From Pengzhenrongella frigida (GTDB lineage: Bacteria; Actinomycetota; Actinomycetes; Actinomycetales; Cellulomonadaceae), in assembly GCF_004168625.1 (NCBI RefSeq), contig NZ_SDWW01000001.1, positions 101,501 to 133,500 on the forward strand: a DNA stretch of 32,000 nt, read 5' to 3'. The position numbers and the translations under genes were made by a program. Below the pieces are notes generated by a model. That model had not been told where the DNA came from and did no database searches. It saw nothing but the letters and a program-made list of their open reading frames with translations. Shown in pieces: positions 1 to 8,644 of the stretch (positions are counted from its first letter, which is position 1; each line of letters starts with the position of its first letter).

Positions 1-340
1 GGAGGTGCCTGTCCCGGTCCCGCAATGCGTGCGCCAGCTTGTGCTTGACGATCCCGTACACCCACCCGCGCCGCCGGGACGGATCCGCGGGCGCGTCGTC
101 CCACCGCCGCCACACCACCACGAACGCCTCCGCGACGACGTCGTCGACGATCTCCGGTCCACCCCGGCGCAGGACGAAGTGTCGAAGCTCCGGGTGCATC
201 GCCCGGAACAGCGCGCTGAAGTCCGCCGTGCGCTGCTCGCTCGCCGTTGCACGGTCGCTCAGCAGGCCGTCGTGGTCAGCACCTTCACCGAGAAGCTCGC
301 CAGCGCCACCTGAGACTTCTGGGTCCCGGGGGCGAAACAC
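1..340 (-). CDS. ECF-type sigma-70 family factor, N-terminal part only (gene runs off the left edge)
   Basis: The minus-strand frame is open to the window edge. It reads ...FSALFRAMHPELRHFVLRRGGPEIVDDVVAEAFVVVWRRWDDAPADPSRRRGWVYGIVKHKLAHALRDRDRHL, which has a sigma-70 region 2 pattern (DDVVxEAF...WRRW). It is absent from the ORF track because it is truncated. The start is uncertain: the only in-frame GTG upstream of region 2 is at 340, which overlaps the upstream gene by 82 nt. Confidence 0.5.
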   Translation of the reverse strand, partial: MFRPRDPEVSGGAGELLGEGADHDGLLSDRATASEQRTADFSALFRAMHPELRHFVLRRGGPEIVDDVVAEAFVVVWRRWDDAPADPSRRRGWVYGIVKHKLAHALRDRDRHL

Positions 341-660
341 GATGACGACCCGCCCCCTCCGGCAGCCGAATACACCCGCACCGCGAAGCCGGTGCGGTTC
401 CACAAGGATCTTGCCCCAGTCACGCCGCCGACGTTGACCAACGACTGGCTGGATGTGCTCCAGAAGGAGCCGGCGTACAGGGCCGAGCTCCACAGGCAGA
501 ACGTGCCCGACGCGCACTGGGACGAGCTCATGGGGCCCACGAGGTCGACGCCCACGGCGGTGGCCGAGGGCGAGGGCGCGACGAGGGACAACCCTGGCAG
601 CAGGCTGAGCAGGAGGACCCAGCGGACCGGGTGGCGGCGAGTCTCGGAGGCGGTGTTCAT
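259..660 (-). CDS. Secreted small protein resembling peptidase inhibitor family I36 (SMPI-like, beta/gamma-crystallin-like)
   Basis: This is ORF 259..687, trimmed to the second Met (MNTASETRR...). It has a signal-peptide-like N-terminus (RRHPVRWVLLLSLLPGLSLVAPSPSATA). The mature part has CASGTFCLWSSALYAGSFW...SLWNRTGFAVRVYS...SSCF, typical of I36-like proteins. GC3 is high. Confidence 0.55.
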   Translation of the reverse strand: MNTASETRRHPVRWVLLLSLLPGLSLVAPSPSATAVGVDLVGPMSSSQCASGTFCLWSSALYAGSFWSTSSQSLVNVGGVTGARSLWNRTGFAVRVYSAAGGGGSSSCFAPGTQKSQVALASFSVKVLTTTAC

Positions 661-715
661 GCACCGCTCATCCCCGCCCCGCACCACGTTGTCAGCCGCG
701 GGGACGTGGTGTTGC

Positions 716-2158
716 TCACACCCGCGGCGGGTCGTTGGGGATCAGCACGACGGCGTCGATGACGACCGACCCGCCGGTCGGTGCATCGAGGATGAGGAGG
801 TCGCCGGCCGCACCGGCCCGCGGGTCCGGCACCGCAGCGAAGCGTCGCTGCGCCCGGAGGTACGCCGGGACGAGCACGGCGACGGCGCCGACCCAGGCGA
901 GCGGGTTGCCCCACACCACCCCGTTGAAGCCGAACGCGGCGCCGAGAACGATGGCCGCACCGACCCGCATGACGAGCTCGATGGTGCCGGTGAGCGTCGG
1001 GACGAAGGTGTAGCCGAGGCCCTGCAGAGCCCCGCGGATCACGAAGAGGACGCCGAGCAGGACGTAGCAGGCACCGTTGACGTAGAGCAGGTACGACGCC
1101 ATCGAGACGACCCGCTCCTCCCCCGGCCCGACGAACAGCTCGATGAGCGCGCTGCCGGCCGCGATCAGCACGGCGCCCAGCAGCATCCCGCCGAGCACGG
1201 ACATCCACACGCTCTGCACGAGGCCCTGCCGGATCCGGTCGGGCCGCCCCGCACCGTGGTTCTGGGCGACGAAGGTCGAGACCGCAAGTCCGAGCGACTG
1301 GAGCAGGGCGACGGCGAGCCCGTCGACGCGGGCGGCGGTCGTGTACGCGGCGACGGCGTCGGCACCGAGGCTGTTGAGCCGCACCTGCACCGCGAGCGCA
1401 CCGATCGCGATGATCGACATCTGGAACCCCATCGGCAGGCCGAGTCGCAGGTGGCGCGCGAGGTCGCCGCGGGTCACCCGCCAGTCCTCGCGCTGCGGGT
1501 GGAGCACCGGGACGCTGCGCCACACGTACACCAGGCACAGGGCGACGGAGGTGGCCTGCGAGACGACCGACGCGAGCGCCGCGCCACCGACCCCGAAGCC
1601 GAGCCCGCCGACAAGTGCGATGACGAGCCCGATGTTCAGCACGCAGCTGAGGGTGAGGAACACCAGCGGGGTGCGGGAGTCCCCGATCGCCCGGATGATC
1701 GCCGCGAGGTAGTTGAAGGCCATCATCGTGCTCGCGCCGAGGAAGCTGACGACCGCGAACGTCGTCGCCTGCGGGATGAGCGCTTCCGGGGTGCGCAGCA
1801 GGCGGAGCGCCGGCGCGGCGAGCAGCGGGGCGAGCACGGTCAGGAGAACGCTCGCCACCGCGGTGAGCAGGGTGCCGGTCGCCACGGAGCGGCGCACCGC
1901 TGCACCGTCGCCCGCGCCGAACGCCTGCGCCGTCGGGATCGCGAACCCCGACGTCATGCCCCAGGCGAAGCCGAGGAGCAGGAACAGCAGGCTCCCCGTC
2001 GCGCCGACCGCGGCGAGGGCGTCGACCCCGAGCACCCGCCCGACGACGATCGCGTCGACCACCTGGTAGAGCTGCTGGACGACGTTGCCCACGAGGAGCG
2101 GCACTGCGAACGAGAGGATGACGCGCCACGGAGGTCCGGCGGTCAGAATCTTGGCCAT
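716..2158 (-). CDS. MATE family efflux transporter
   Basis: This is ORF 716..2266, trimmed to MAKILTAGPPWRVILSFAVPLLVGNVVQQLYQVVDAIVVGR, the canonical MATE N-terminus. It has about 12 hydrophobic segments. The ATG is verified at 2158. Confidence 0.88.
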   Translation of the reverse strand: MAKILTAGPPWRVILSFAVPLLVGNVVQQLYQVVDAIVVGRVLGVDALAAVGATGSLLFLLLGFAWGMTSGFAIPTAQAFGAGDGAAVRRSVATGTLLTAVASVLLTVLAPLLAAPALRLLRTPEALIPQATTFAVVSFLGASTMMAFNYLAAIIRAIGDSRTPLVFLTLSCVLNIGLVIALVGGLGFGVGGAALASVVSQATSVALCLVYVWRSVPVLHPQREDWRVTRGDLARHLRLGLPMGFQMSIIAIGALAVQVRLNSLGADAVAAYTTAARVDGLAVALLQSLGLAVSTFVAQNHGAGRPDRIRQGLVQSVWMSVLGGMLLGAVLIAAGSALIELFVGPGEERVVSMASYLLYVNGACYVLLGVLFVIRGALQGLGYTFVPTLTGTIELVMRVGAAIVLGAAFGFNGVVWGNPLAWVGAVAVLVPAYLRAQRRFAAVPDPRAGAAGDLLILDAPTGGSVVIDAVVLIPNDPPRV

Positions 2159-2329
2159 GGTGGTGCGGGTCCTCGGGAAGCGATGGGTGGCGGGCGGCGT
2201 GGGGCTCGTCGAGCGGGACCGGCGCGACTGAATCGTATCGTTACGACTCGCCTCGGCGCGAAGCAATTCCCTGGTCCCTCACGCGCCGGGATCCACCGCG
2301 GCCGTCACCCGCCGCCACCGTCCTCGGAC

Positions 2330-2806
2330 TCAGGTGCCGGGGGGCACGGGCACGACCCGAAAGACCGGGAAGTCGGCCGCGATCGCCTCGAACGCCGCGA
2401 CGGGTTGGTGCCGGTCGACCGGGATGTGCGGCCGGCCGCCGGGGACCTTCTGGACGTAGCGCCTGATCACCGCCGCACGCTCCGCCACCGGCACCTCGAC
2501 GAGGGTGACTCGCCGCGCCCGCCCGCGTCGCAGGGTTGCGGCGCCCGCCGCGGCGCGCACGTTGGCCACCCAGTGGCACTCACCGAGCATCGACACGAGG
2601 TACCACTGGCCACCGACGTCCGCCATGCCCAGGGGGAACCGGGTCATCCGACCGGTGCGTCGCCCCGGGACCTCGAGAGTGACCCAGCGCCTGGGCAGCA
2701 GTCCGAGCTGGTGGACCACGGCCCAGAACCGTGCGAACCGGCGGGCCGTCCCGTTGCCGTGCCGTCCGAGATACATCGCGCGCAGCCGGTCGTCCTGACG
2801 CCCCAT
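2330..2806 (-). CDS. Nitroreductase-family deazaflavin (F420H2)-dependent oxidoreductase (Ddn/DUF385-like)
   Basis: This is ORF 2330..2968, trimmed to MGRQDDRLRAMYLGRHGNGTARRFARFWAVVHQLGLLPRRWVTLEVPGRRTGR...WYLVSMLGECHWVANVRAAAG.ATLRRGR, the characteristic pattern of this family. The product is 158 aa. Confidence 0.75.
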   Translation of the reverse strand: MGRQDDRLRAMYLGRHGNGTARRFARFWAVVHQLGLLPRRWVTLEVPGRRTGRMTRFPLGMADVGGQWYLVSMLGECHWVANVRAAAGAATLRRGRARRVTLVEVPVAERAAVIRRYVQKVPGGRPHIPVDRHQPVAAFEAIAADFPVFRVVPVPPGT

Positions 2807-2961
2807 GGCCACCTCCCAGTGTCGGGCCCATCGTGCCGCACGCAGCGCGCCCACCTCGTCCGGGACCCGCTGACGTCGCGCGCGCACCCGCCTGGTCAGG
2901 ACCTGGGGGCGGCGCGGAAGCCGGGCGAGGCGGTGTCGGCACGGTATGACAGGATCGGCCG

Positions 2962-5900
2962 ATGCCAACCGAGGAGCCGGACGGGTCCGGTGGCGGCGGC
3001 TCGGGCAGCGAGCCGTGGCGCGACGTCCTGCGCGGCCTGGTCGCCCACGGGACCGCGCAGCACGGCCTGCGGGCCCGCGGGTTGGGGTTGGGGCTGCAGT
3101 TCGAGCTGCGCGAGCTCACGCCGCACACCCGTGAGCGGTGGAACGGCCCCACCTCGCGGACGGCCGGGCCGCGAAGCGCCGCGCGACCGCCTGCCGAGGA
3201 GACCGCGGGGAGCAACCGGGCCCCGGTCGGAGGCCGCGGCGAGTACCGGCTCGGCGTGCGCCCCGTCGTGCGCTCCGAGCGGGGCTGGACGCGGAGCAAC
3301 GTCACCTGGTCGAACATCGCCCAGATGCTCGGCCGGCTCGACCTGGACCCGGAGCAGCACCGCTGGTTCTGCCAGTTCGGCGCCCTGCACCGCGCGGCCG
3401 GCCCCGCCCTGCCCGGCGCTGATCTCGCGTGGGTGTACCTCGACGAGTTCGTCAACCCGGTGCTGTGGGACCTGCTCACCCAGGCCCAGGCGATCGGCAT
3501 CGTCTTCGTCGGCTCGGGCTCCGGCGCCACCGTGCGGGTGGCCGACGGCGCACGCCTGGGCCTCGACGCCGCCCGATCGGAGCGGGGCATCCGGGTCAGC
3601 GCCCGGCTCGAGATGGACGGCGCGCCGGTCGAGGTGCGCGACGGCCACGCGATCGGTGCGCACGGGATCTACGTCGTCGACCTCGAGCGGCCCCGTCAGA
3701 TCGTGCTGGCCCCGACCCTCGAGGCGCTCGGCGCGCCCCAGCTCGCCCTCCTCGGTGTGCGGGGCGGTCGCACCGTCGCGGACGCGCTGAGCGAGGGAGT
3801 CCTCGTGCCGGGCGACCGCGCGGAGGAGTTCCTGCACGAGCACCTGCCGGCCCTGCGGGCCGGGTTCGACGTCGGCAGCGTCGACGGCACCGTGTCCCTG
3901 CCCGCTGCCGCGCCGCCGACACTCGTGCTGACCGCGCGGTACTCCCCCGGTCACACGCTCGACCTTGCCTGGCACTGGGACGGGCACGCGCGCTCCGGGC
4001 CCACGCCCGACCCGCGCGCCGTCGTGCCTGACGGCATGCTGCCGGGTGCCTGGTGGCCGGCGCAGGACGGGACCGACCTCCCCCGACCGGTGACGCTGCA
4101 CGACATCGAGGCCGCCGAGTTCGCGGCCACCGACCTGCCCCGCCTCGCGGCCCTGCCCGGGGTGCGGGTGGACACCGTCGGCACCCCGCCGAACTATCGC
4201 GAGCTGCTCGGCACCCCGGTGCTCACGGTCACCGCCCAGCCGACCGAGACGAACGACTGGTTCGATCTCGGTGTGAGCGTCACGGTCGACGGCCGCACCA
4301 TCCCGTTCGTCCCCCTCTTTCGCGCCCTCACGAAGGGTCGCCGCAAGCTGCTGCTCGTCGACGGCAGCTACCTGGCCCTCACCCATCCCGCGCTCGGGCC
4401 GCTGGCCGCACTCATCGCCGAGGCCTCGGAGGTCGCCGAGTGGCACACGGGACCACGGATCAGCCGGCATCAGACCAGCCTGTGGGCGGACCTCGTCGAC
4501 CTCGCCGACGAGGCGATCCCGGCCCCGCAGTGGAGCGAGCTGCTCGCGGAGGCGGGCGACCGCGCACCCCGGTCGACGCCGCTCCCCGCCGGGCTGCACG
4601 CCGAGCTGCGTCCCTATCAGGCCGAGGGGTTCAGCTGGCTCACGTTCCTGTGGCGGCACCAGCTCGGCGGGATCCTCGCGGACGACATGGGGCTCGGCAA
4701 GACGCTGCAGTGCCTCGCGCTCGTCCAGCACGTCGCCGAGCAACGGCCGTCCGGTGAGCCGCGACGCCCCTTCCTCGTGGTCGCCCCCACGTCGGTCGTG
4801 CCGAACTGGGTGTCCGAGGCCGCCCGGTTCACCCCCGGTCTGACCGTGCGGCGGCTGTCGGCCACCGACGCCGCGAGCACGACGTCGGTGGCCGAGGCCG
4901 CCGCGGGCGCTGACATCGTGGTCACCAGCTACGCCCTGCTGCGGCTCGACTTCGACGCCTACCAGGCGCTCGCCCAGGGCAGCGGGTGGGCGGGGCTCAT
5001 CCTCGACGAGGCGCAGAACGTCAAGAACGCCTCCGCCCGCACCCACGAGTGCGCGCGTGACCTGGCGGTGAGCTTCACCCTGGCCGTGACCGGCACACCG
5101 ATGGAGAACTCGCTCACCGAGTTGCACGCCCTGTTCTCGCTCGTGACCCCCGGGCTGCTCTCCTCCGCCCGGAGCTTCGGCGAGCAGTACGTCCGACCGA
5201 TCGAGGGCGTGCGCGCCGGGATCACGACCGGCCCCGGCGCCGGCAGCGCACCCGCCGACGTCGCCCAGCTGCGCACGGTGCGCCTGGATCGGCTCCGAGC
5301 GCGGATCCGGCCGTTCCTGCTGCGCCGCACCAAGGACCTCGTCGCGGCCGATCTGCCGGACAAGCAGGAGCAGACCCTGACCGTCGAGCTGGCCCCGGGG
5401 CACCGCCAGCTCTACGACCTGCACCTGCAACGGGAGCGCCAGAAGGTCCTGGGGCTCCTGGACGACCTCGATCGTCAGCGGTTCATCGTCTACCGGTCCC
5501 TGACCCTGCTGCGGATGCTCGCCCTCGACGCCTCGCTGATCGACCCGGACCACGCCGACCTGCCGTCCAGCAAGCTCGACGCCCTGCTCGACCAGCTCGC
5601 CGACGTCGTCGCGGAGGGACACCGCGCGCTGGTGTTCAGCCAGTTCACGTCGTACCTGAAGCTCGCCGCCGCCCGCCTCACCGCCGCCGGCGTCCCGTTC
5701 ACCTACCTCGACGGGTCGACCGTGCGACGCGCCGACGTGATCGACGACTTCCGCGCCGGCACCGCACCGGTCTTCCTCATCAGCCTCAAGGCTGGCGGCA
5801 CCGGGCTGAACCTCACGGAGGCCGACTACGTCTTCCTGCTCGACCCGTGGTGGAACCCCGCCACCGAGGAGCAGGCCATCGCCCGCACGCACCGCATCGG

Positions 5901-6069
5901 CCAGCACCGCAACGTGATGGTCTACCGCCTGATCGCCGCGGACACCATCGAGGAGAAGGTGGTGGCGCTCAAGGCGCGCAAGGCCGCACTCGTGGACGCC
6001 GTCATCGACGACGGCGACCTGTTCAGCTCCGTGCTGACCGCGGACGAGGTGCTCGAGCTGCTGGCGTGA
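2962..6069 (+). CDS. SNF2-family DEAD/DEAH-box helicase (actinobacterial HelZ-like)
   Basis: The 1035-aa ORF carries motif I LADDMGLGKT, motif II LILDEAQNVKN, and the helicase C region LISLKAGGTGLNLTEADYVFLLDPWWNPATEEQAIARTHRIGQ. It has a long N-terminal domain of unknown function. Confidence 0.9.
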   Translation: MPTEEPDGSGGGGSGSEPWRDVLRGLVAHGTAQHGLRARGLGLGLQFELRELTPHTRERWNGPTSRTAGPRSAARPPAEETAGSNRAPVGGRGEYRLGVRPVVRSERGWTRSNVTWSNIAQMLGRLDLDPEQHRWFCQFGALHRAAGPALPGADLAWVYLDEFVNPVLWDLLTQAQAIGIVFVGSGSGATVRVADGARLGLDAARSERGIRVSARLEMDGAPVEVRDGHAIGAHGIYVVDLERPRQIVLAPTLEALGAPQLALLGVRGGRTVADALSEGVLVPGDRAEEFLHEHLPALRAGFDVGSVDGTVSLPAAAPPTLVLTARYSPGHTLDLAWHWDGHARSGPTPDPRAVVPDGMLPGAWWPAQDGTDLPRPVTLHDIEAAEFAATDLPRLAALPGVRVDTVGTPPNYRELLGTPVLTVTAQPTETNDWFDLGVSVTVDGRTIPFVPLFRALTKGRRKLLLVDGSYLALTHPALGPLAALIAEASEVAEWHTGPRISRHQTSLWADLVDLADEAIPAPQWSELLAEAGDRAPRSTPLPAGLHAELRPYQAEGFSWLTFLWRHQLGGILADDMGLGKTLQCLALVQHVAEQRPSGEPRRPFLVVAPTSVVPNWVSEAARFTPGLTVRRLSATDAASTTSVAEAAAGADIVVTSYALLRLDFDAYQALAQGSGWAGLILDEAQNVKNASARTHECARDLAVSFTLAVTGTPMENSLTELHALFSLVTPGLLSSARSFGEQYVRPIEGVRAGITTGPGAGSAPADVAQLRTVRLDRLRARIRPFLLRRTKDLVAADLPDKQEQTLTVELAPGHRQLYDLHLQRERQKVLGLLDDLDRQRFIVYRSLTLLRMLALDASLIDPDHADLPSSKLDALLDQLADVVAEGHRALVFSQFTSYLKLAAARLTAAGVPFTYLDGSTVRRADVIDDFRAGTAPVFLISLKAGGTGLNLTEADYVFLLDPWWNPATEEQAIARTHRIGQHRNVMVYRLIAADTIEEKVVALKARKAALVDAVIDDGDLFSSVLTADEVLELLA

Positions 6070-6079
6070 GCACGAGCAG

Positions 6080-6640
6080 TCAGGGCATCACGTCAGAGGC
6101 GATCCGGAGCGCGGTCTCGGTGCGCTCGGAGTCCGTGCCGCCGAGGTCATCGGCGCCCTTGTTCGCGACCAGGATCGTCATGATGGCGACCCGGGCCCGG
6201 AGGCGGTCCTCGAGGGTCGCCCCGGGTGGCGTGCAGGCACGCCACAGCTCGTCCTTGTAGCGGTGCACGATCTCCACCGTTCCGGGCAGCGCCCCGAGCG
6301 AGAGCTCGTTCTGCTGGACGCACCGCATCAGGTCACCCACCCCGCCCTGGGTCAGCAAGGCGAGCCGGCGCAGCATCTCCAGGCGACGCTCGCGGGTGGA
6401 CGGCTCGGAGTGCACCCAGCCGACGAGGTCCGTGATCGACTGCCCGACGTCATTGACGAGGCTCTCGAGGATGCTCTCCTTGGTGCGGAAGTGGTAGTAG
6501 AGCGCCGCCTTGGTGACGCCCAGGTCCTCGGCGATCTCCCGCAGCGAGGTCTTGTCGTAACCGTCGTTCGTGAACCGGGACAGCGCCACCCGTTGGATCT
6601 CGGACCGGGTGTCGCCACGGCGCCGCGTCTCCGCCGCCAT
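6080..6640 (-). CDS. TetR/AcrR family transcriptional regulator
   Basis: This is ORF 6080..6757, trimmed to MAAETRRRGDTRSEIQRVALSRFTNDGYDKTSLREIAEDLGVTKAALYYHFRTKE, a TetR HTH. A GAGGAGGAG Shine-Dalgarno sits just upstream of the ATG at 6640. Confidence 0.9.
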   Translation of the reverse strand: MAAETRRRGDTRSEIQRVALSRFTNDGYDKTSLREIAEDLGVTKAALYYHFRTKESILESLVNDVGQSITDLVGWVHSEPSTRERRLEMLRRLALLTQGGVGDLMRCVQQNELSLGALPGTVEIVHRYKDELWRACTPPGATLEDRLRARVAIMTILVANKGADDLGGTDSERTETALRIASDVMP

Positions 6641-6742
6641 GGGGCTTCTCCTCCTCGTGTAGCTGCTGAGCACTCTCGTGAAACTGCCACGCAAACTTAC
6701 TTGACGACCGGCTAGTTCCAGCCGTACGGTTCCAGAATACAA

Positions 6743-6758
6743 CTTGCCGGCTGGCAAG
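6743..6758. promoter_or_regulatory. Candidate TetR operator (inverted repeat CTTGCC-GGCT-GGCAAG)
   Basis: There are perfect 6-bp inverted arms with a 4-bp spacer in the 211-bp divergent TetR/MFS intergenic region. A related CAAGTAAGTT-like half is present near 6694. Confidence 0.35.
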
Positions 6759-6851
6759 CAAGTAGGTCCGCCGCCCCCGGGCGAGAACGCGTGCCCCCGG
6801 TACGCATCGAGCGTCGCCGCTCCCCCATCCTCCCGTCAGGAAGGTCCTCCG

Positions 6852-8375
6852 ATGGACACCACTCTGCCCCAGACCGGGGCGCGCCCCGCCCCCGCCGCCG
6901 ACCCGGCGCGTCCCGATCCCCGCCGTTGGTGGGGACTGGCGGTCATCTCCCTCGCCCAGCTCATGGTCGTGCTCGACATGACGATCGTGAACATCGCCCT
7001 GCCGTCCGCCCAGGCGGACCTGGGCATCTCCGATGCCGACCGGCAGTGGGTGATCACGGCCTACACGCTCGCGTTCGGCGGGCTGCTCCTGCTCGGCGGC
7101 CGCATCGGTGACCTGATCGGTCGCAAGCGCGCGATGATCATCGGCCTCATCGGCTTCGCCGCCGCGTCGGCGATCGGCGGCGTGGCGGCCACCGGCGCGC
7201 TGCTGCTCGGGGCGCGGGCCCTGCAGGGCGTCTTTGCCGCCCTCCTCGCACCCGCGGCGTTGTCGCTGGTGAGCGTCACGTTCACCGAACCGCACGAGCG
7301 CGCCCGCGCCTTCGGCATCTACGGCGCCATCGCCGGTGGTGGCAGCGCGGTGGGGCTCATCCTCGGCGGCCTGCTGACCGAGTACCTGGACTGGCGCTGG
7401 TGCCTGCTCGTGAATGCCCCGATCGCCATCCTCGCCGTGCTCGGCGCCAGCGCGTTCCTGCACGACCAGCGCAAGGAGGCCGAGACCCGTCTTGACGTGC
7501 TCGGCGCGGTGCTGGCCAGCGGCGGCCTCCTGGCCATCGTCTACGGCCTGAGCGAGGCGGAGCAGCACGGCTGGACCTCGGGGTTCGTGCTCTCGCTGCT
7601 CGCGGGCGGGCTGGTCCTGCTCGCCCTGTTCGTCGTGGCCGAGACCCGGGTGGCCCACCCCCTGCTGCCGCTGCGTGTGCTGCGCGACCGCAACCGCGCC
7701 GGCGCGCTGCTCAGCGTCGGCCTCACCACCGTCGGCATGTTCGGCATGTTCCTGTTCCTGACGTACTACCTGCAGGTCACGCTCGGCTACTCGCCCGTGC
7801 GCACCGGGCTCGCCTTCCTGCCGCTCACCGCCGGGATGATGACCGGCGCGGTCGGGATCGCGGCCCGGCTGCTGCCCCGGGTGCCGGCCCGGATGATCAT
7901 GACCCCGGGGCTGCTGGTCGCGGCCACCGCGCTCATCCTGCTCACCCGGATCGAGGTGGACTCGAGCTACGTGACGCACGTCCTGCCGTCGATGGTGCTG
8001 CTCGGGATCGGCATGGGTTCGACCTTCATGCCGGCGATGAGCACGGCGACCTTCGGCGTCGAGCCACGAGACGCCGGCGTGGCCTCGGCCACCGTGAACA
8101 CCGCCCAGCAGGTTGGTGGGTCGATCGGGATCGCGCTGCTCAACACGGTCGCCACCTCGGCCACAGCGCGCTACCTCACCACGCACGGCTCGGATCCGCT
8201 GGCCCAGGCGGCCGGCGTCGTGCACGGGTTCTCCGTCGCGATCTGGTGGGCCGTCGCGTTCCTGCTCACGGCTGCCGTCGCAGCAGCCGTCCTGATCACC
8301 GCGCGTCCGGCTGCGGTGCGGGCCGCCGACGACGGCGCGGCCACCTCGGCCGAGCCCGTCGCGGTCCTCGTGTGA
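6852..8375 (+). CDS. MFS transporter, DHA2 (EmrB/QacA-like, 14-TMS) drug:H+ antiporter
   Basis: This is ORF 6744..8375, trimmed to MDTTLPQ.... It carries WWGLAVISLAQLMVVLDMTIVNIALPSAQADLGISDADRQWVITAYTLAFGGLLLLGGRIGDLIGRK, the DHA2 signature. It is divergent from the TetR gene. Confidence 0.9.
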   Translation: MDTTLPQTGARPAPAADPARPDPRRWWGLAVISLAQLMVVLDMTIVNIALPSAQADLGISDADRQWVITAYTLAFGGLLLLGGRIGDLIGRKRAMIIGLIGFAAASAIGGVAATGALLLGARALQGVFAALLAPAALSLVSVTFTEPHERARAFGIYGAIAGGGSAVGLILGGLLTEYLDWRWCLLVNAPIAILAVLGASAFLHDQRKEAETRLDVLGAVLASGGLLAIVYGLSEAEQHGWTSGFVLSLLAGGLVLLALFVVAETRVAHPLLPLRVLRDRNRAGALLSVGLTTVGMFGMFLFLTYYLQVTLGYSPVRTGLAFLPLTAGMMTGAVGIAARLLPRVPARMIMTPGLLVAATALILLTRIEVDSSYVTHVLPSMVLLGIGMGSTFMPAMSTATFGVEPRDAGVASATVNTAQQVGGSIGIALLNTVATSATARYLTTHGSDPLAQAAGVVHGFSVAIWWAVAFLLTAAVAAAVLITARPAAVRAADDGAATSAEPVAVLV

Positions 8376-8379
8376 GGGC

Positions 8380-8407
8380 GCGGGGTGGGCGTGCGCGCCC
8401 ACCCCGC
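8380..8407 (+). terminator. GC-rich hairpin after the MFS gene (12-bp perfect stem, 4-nt loop)
   Basis: GCGGGGTGGGCG-tgcg-CGCCCACCCCGC starts 5 nt after the stop codon. There is no U-tract, which is common in high-GC actinobacteria. Confidence 0.5.
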
Positions 8408-8416
8408 CCCCGCTGG

Positions 8417-8432
8417 ATACCCATGGGGGTAT
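8417..8432. promoter_or_regulatory. CsoR/RcnR-family-type operator candidate ATACCC-ATGG-GGGTAT
   Basis: An AT-flanked C/G-tract palindrome overlaps a TATAGT -10-like hexamer (8430-8435). It lies 36 nt upstream of the 8468 start. It resembles the ATACCC...GGGGGTAT sites that I recall for CsoR. Confidence 0.45.
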
Positions 8433-8467
8433 AGTTCGGCACCGGTTGACCAACGAGGAGGACAAAC

Positions 8468-8638
8468 GTGTGCCGTGCCGTGAGCTGCAGGACGTGCGGA
8501 AAGACGACGTGGGCGGGCTGTGGTCAGCACGTCGACCAGGTCATGCGCGGGGTCGCCCGAGCCGACCGGTGCCAGGGGCACGAGAACGAGGTGTCGACAC
8601 GGACCGGGTTCTTCTCCCGGCTCTTCGCCCGAAGCTGA
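8468..8638 (+). CDS. Small (56 aa) Cys-rich protein, conserved-hypothetical type: MCRAVSCRTCGKTTWAGCGQHVDQVMRGVARADRCQGHENEVSTRTGFFSRLFARS
   Basis: It is not in the ORF track, being under the apparent 60-aa cutoff. The GTG at 8468 is preceded by GAGGAGGA (8455-8462) with 5-nt spacing. 49 of 56 codons end in G or C, matching the coding bias here. It has 5 Cys and 2 His, including C-x2-C. Confidence 0.7.
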   Translation: MCRAVSCRTCGKTTWAGCGQHVDQVMRGVARADRCQGHENEVSTRTGFFSRLFARS

Positions 8639-8644
8639 CCGCGC

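Noticed and set aside
392-3790. A 1132-aa plus-strand ORF spans the MATE, nitroreductase-family and SNF2 5' regions. There is also a similar 490-aa minus-strand ORF at 657-2129.
   Set aside because: The translation is Arg/Pro/Gly/Asp-rich and low in complexity, with no motifs. It is antisense to or out of frame with genes that have clear family signatures. This is a typical high-GC shadow ORF.
2896-5907. A 1003-aa minus-strand ORF lies antisense to the SNF2 helicase.
   Set aside because: It is the antisense shadow of a gene with unmistakable helicase motifs. The composition is biased (G, R, E, V, A) and it has no domain signature.
6450-8465. A 671-aa minus-strand ORF lies antisense to the MFS transporter.
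   Set aside because: It is a shadow ORF. The plus-strand frame carries the DHA2 signature and TM periodicity.
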